Positions 62,915 to 64,000 of a stretch of DNA of 64,000 nt are shown in pieces. The translations under genes and the position numbers were made by a program. The stretch is from Glycera tridactyla (taxonomy: Eukaryota): positions 95,108,001 to 95,172,000 of the forward strand of contig OZ286463.1 in assembly GCA_965644265.1 (NCBI GenBank). Reading direction: 5' to 3'. Position 1 is the stretch's first letter, and each line of letters begins with the position of its first letter. Below the pieces are notes generated by a model. That model saw nothing but the letters and a program-made list of their open reading frames with translations. It made no database searches and was not told the DNA's origin.

Positions 62915-64000
62915 GGATCCAATCGGTTATAGGATAACATGATTCAATATTGTCATGGCGAGAAATTTCCATTAAAATTGAAATTATTGAATAACCTCAG
63001 TTCTTATTCTCTGGATCAGTGCTGTCATGGAACTGGATTTGAAACTCTAAAACTTGATGCAATTTCCTGAAAACATCCTCAATATATCCCCAATATATCC
63101 CCAGAAGCACAAATTTCAATTCTTGTGGCTAATTCCCTGAAGAAATGCTATCAAATGCAATTTGCCAATAAATTGTTTGCTGAAAGGTATGGCAACTTCT
63201 ATCTGATGACAATACTAAAATCACACAGACCAACAGAGTGGAGGCACATGAAAAACATTGTTGAAATATTGTTTGTTTGATAAAACATGTTTTACCAGAT
63301 GCCACTTGCAAATATTAGCAAACTACTCAAAAACTTGTCATCTTTGTGACCTACGGCTGGTATTTTAAGTGGGACTAATTACAACTTTTTCCATATGGCA
63401 AAATGGCCAAAAACAGGCTACCTCCTGTGGAATGAAAAGTTGTGAAATGGCATGTGAGCACAAAAACATGTTCACATTTCCAAAACTGAGGATGTGTTTT
63501 GCTCTGACATGCCATGTTTTGACCTGTAGCGGGAGCCCGCCCTTGTACCTGGCCACCTTGGTGTACACACAAAAAGTCACAATTATTTCTCCCCCATTAC
63601 TGGCAGCCTAATTATTAATTATACTCTGCTGATTCACTCCAATAAACACGATCGTTTTTTCGCATGTCGCAGGTCATCACTCACTTCTGACCAGTTCTCT
63701 TTTTCTCTCGATATATACCCGATTACCAATCCTACACCCATTCAATGCCAAGGTCGGTCCCTCTGCGCAAATTTTAAATTTAGCGAAATTATTCCTGTTG
63801 ATTGCTGAATATTCCGACTTTATTGCAAAATATAGATGACTTAGAGAGGAAAAAACTAAAAAAGCCATCACAAAGGCATTCAAAAAATAGTTCTCATCAA
63901 TTTATATGTGTATGAGACACACTGAATAAATTAAGTCATTCAACAGACAATTTAACAAAAGATGGGGTGATTCATTAGGGGTTCTCCCATCACATATCAC

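Noticed and set aside
1-64000. tRNA, rRNA, snRNA or tRNA-derived SINE genes
   Set aside because: No convincing A/B-box pair, cloverleaf or known RNA sequence found by eye. A covariance-model scan (tRNAscan-SE, Infernal/Rfam) would be needed to exclude them.

Overview
AT-rich genomic DNA from a non-vertebrate animal. It is intron-rich and repeat-dense, with sparse CpG-rich patches and one 158-N assembly gap. The only gene recognisable with confidence is a pro-apoptotic Bcl-2 family member, Bak, on the minus strand: a BH3 exon at 2323-2466 and a BH1/BH2 exon at 1831-2014. Its 5' and terminal exons are not confidently located, and a possible poison exon lies upstream. Most of the explained sequence is non-autonomous DNA-transposon material. 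This includes more than 20 copies or fragments of TA-flanked Tc1/pogo-type MITEs and a 1.7-kb Helentron-type (HINE/DINE-1/pearl-like) element carrying a ~145-bp tandem array. It also includes two 216-bp MITEs with 6-bp TSDs, and a 548-bp element with a 5-bp TSD nested inside a MITE. Several splice-site-bounded ORFs suggest further unidentified genes, including a candidate two-exon 78-aa membrane microprotein. Nearly all ORFs in the supplied six-frame track look spurious. No rRNA, tRNA or CRISPR feature was seen.
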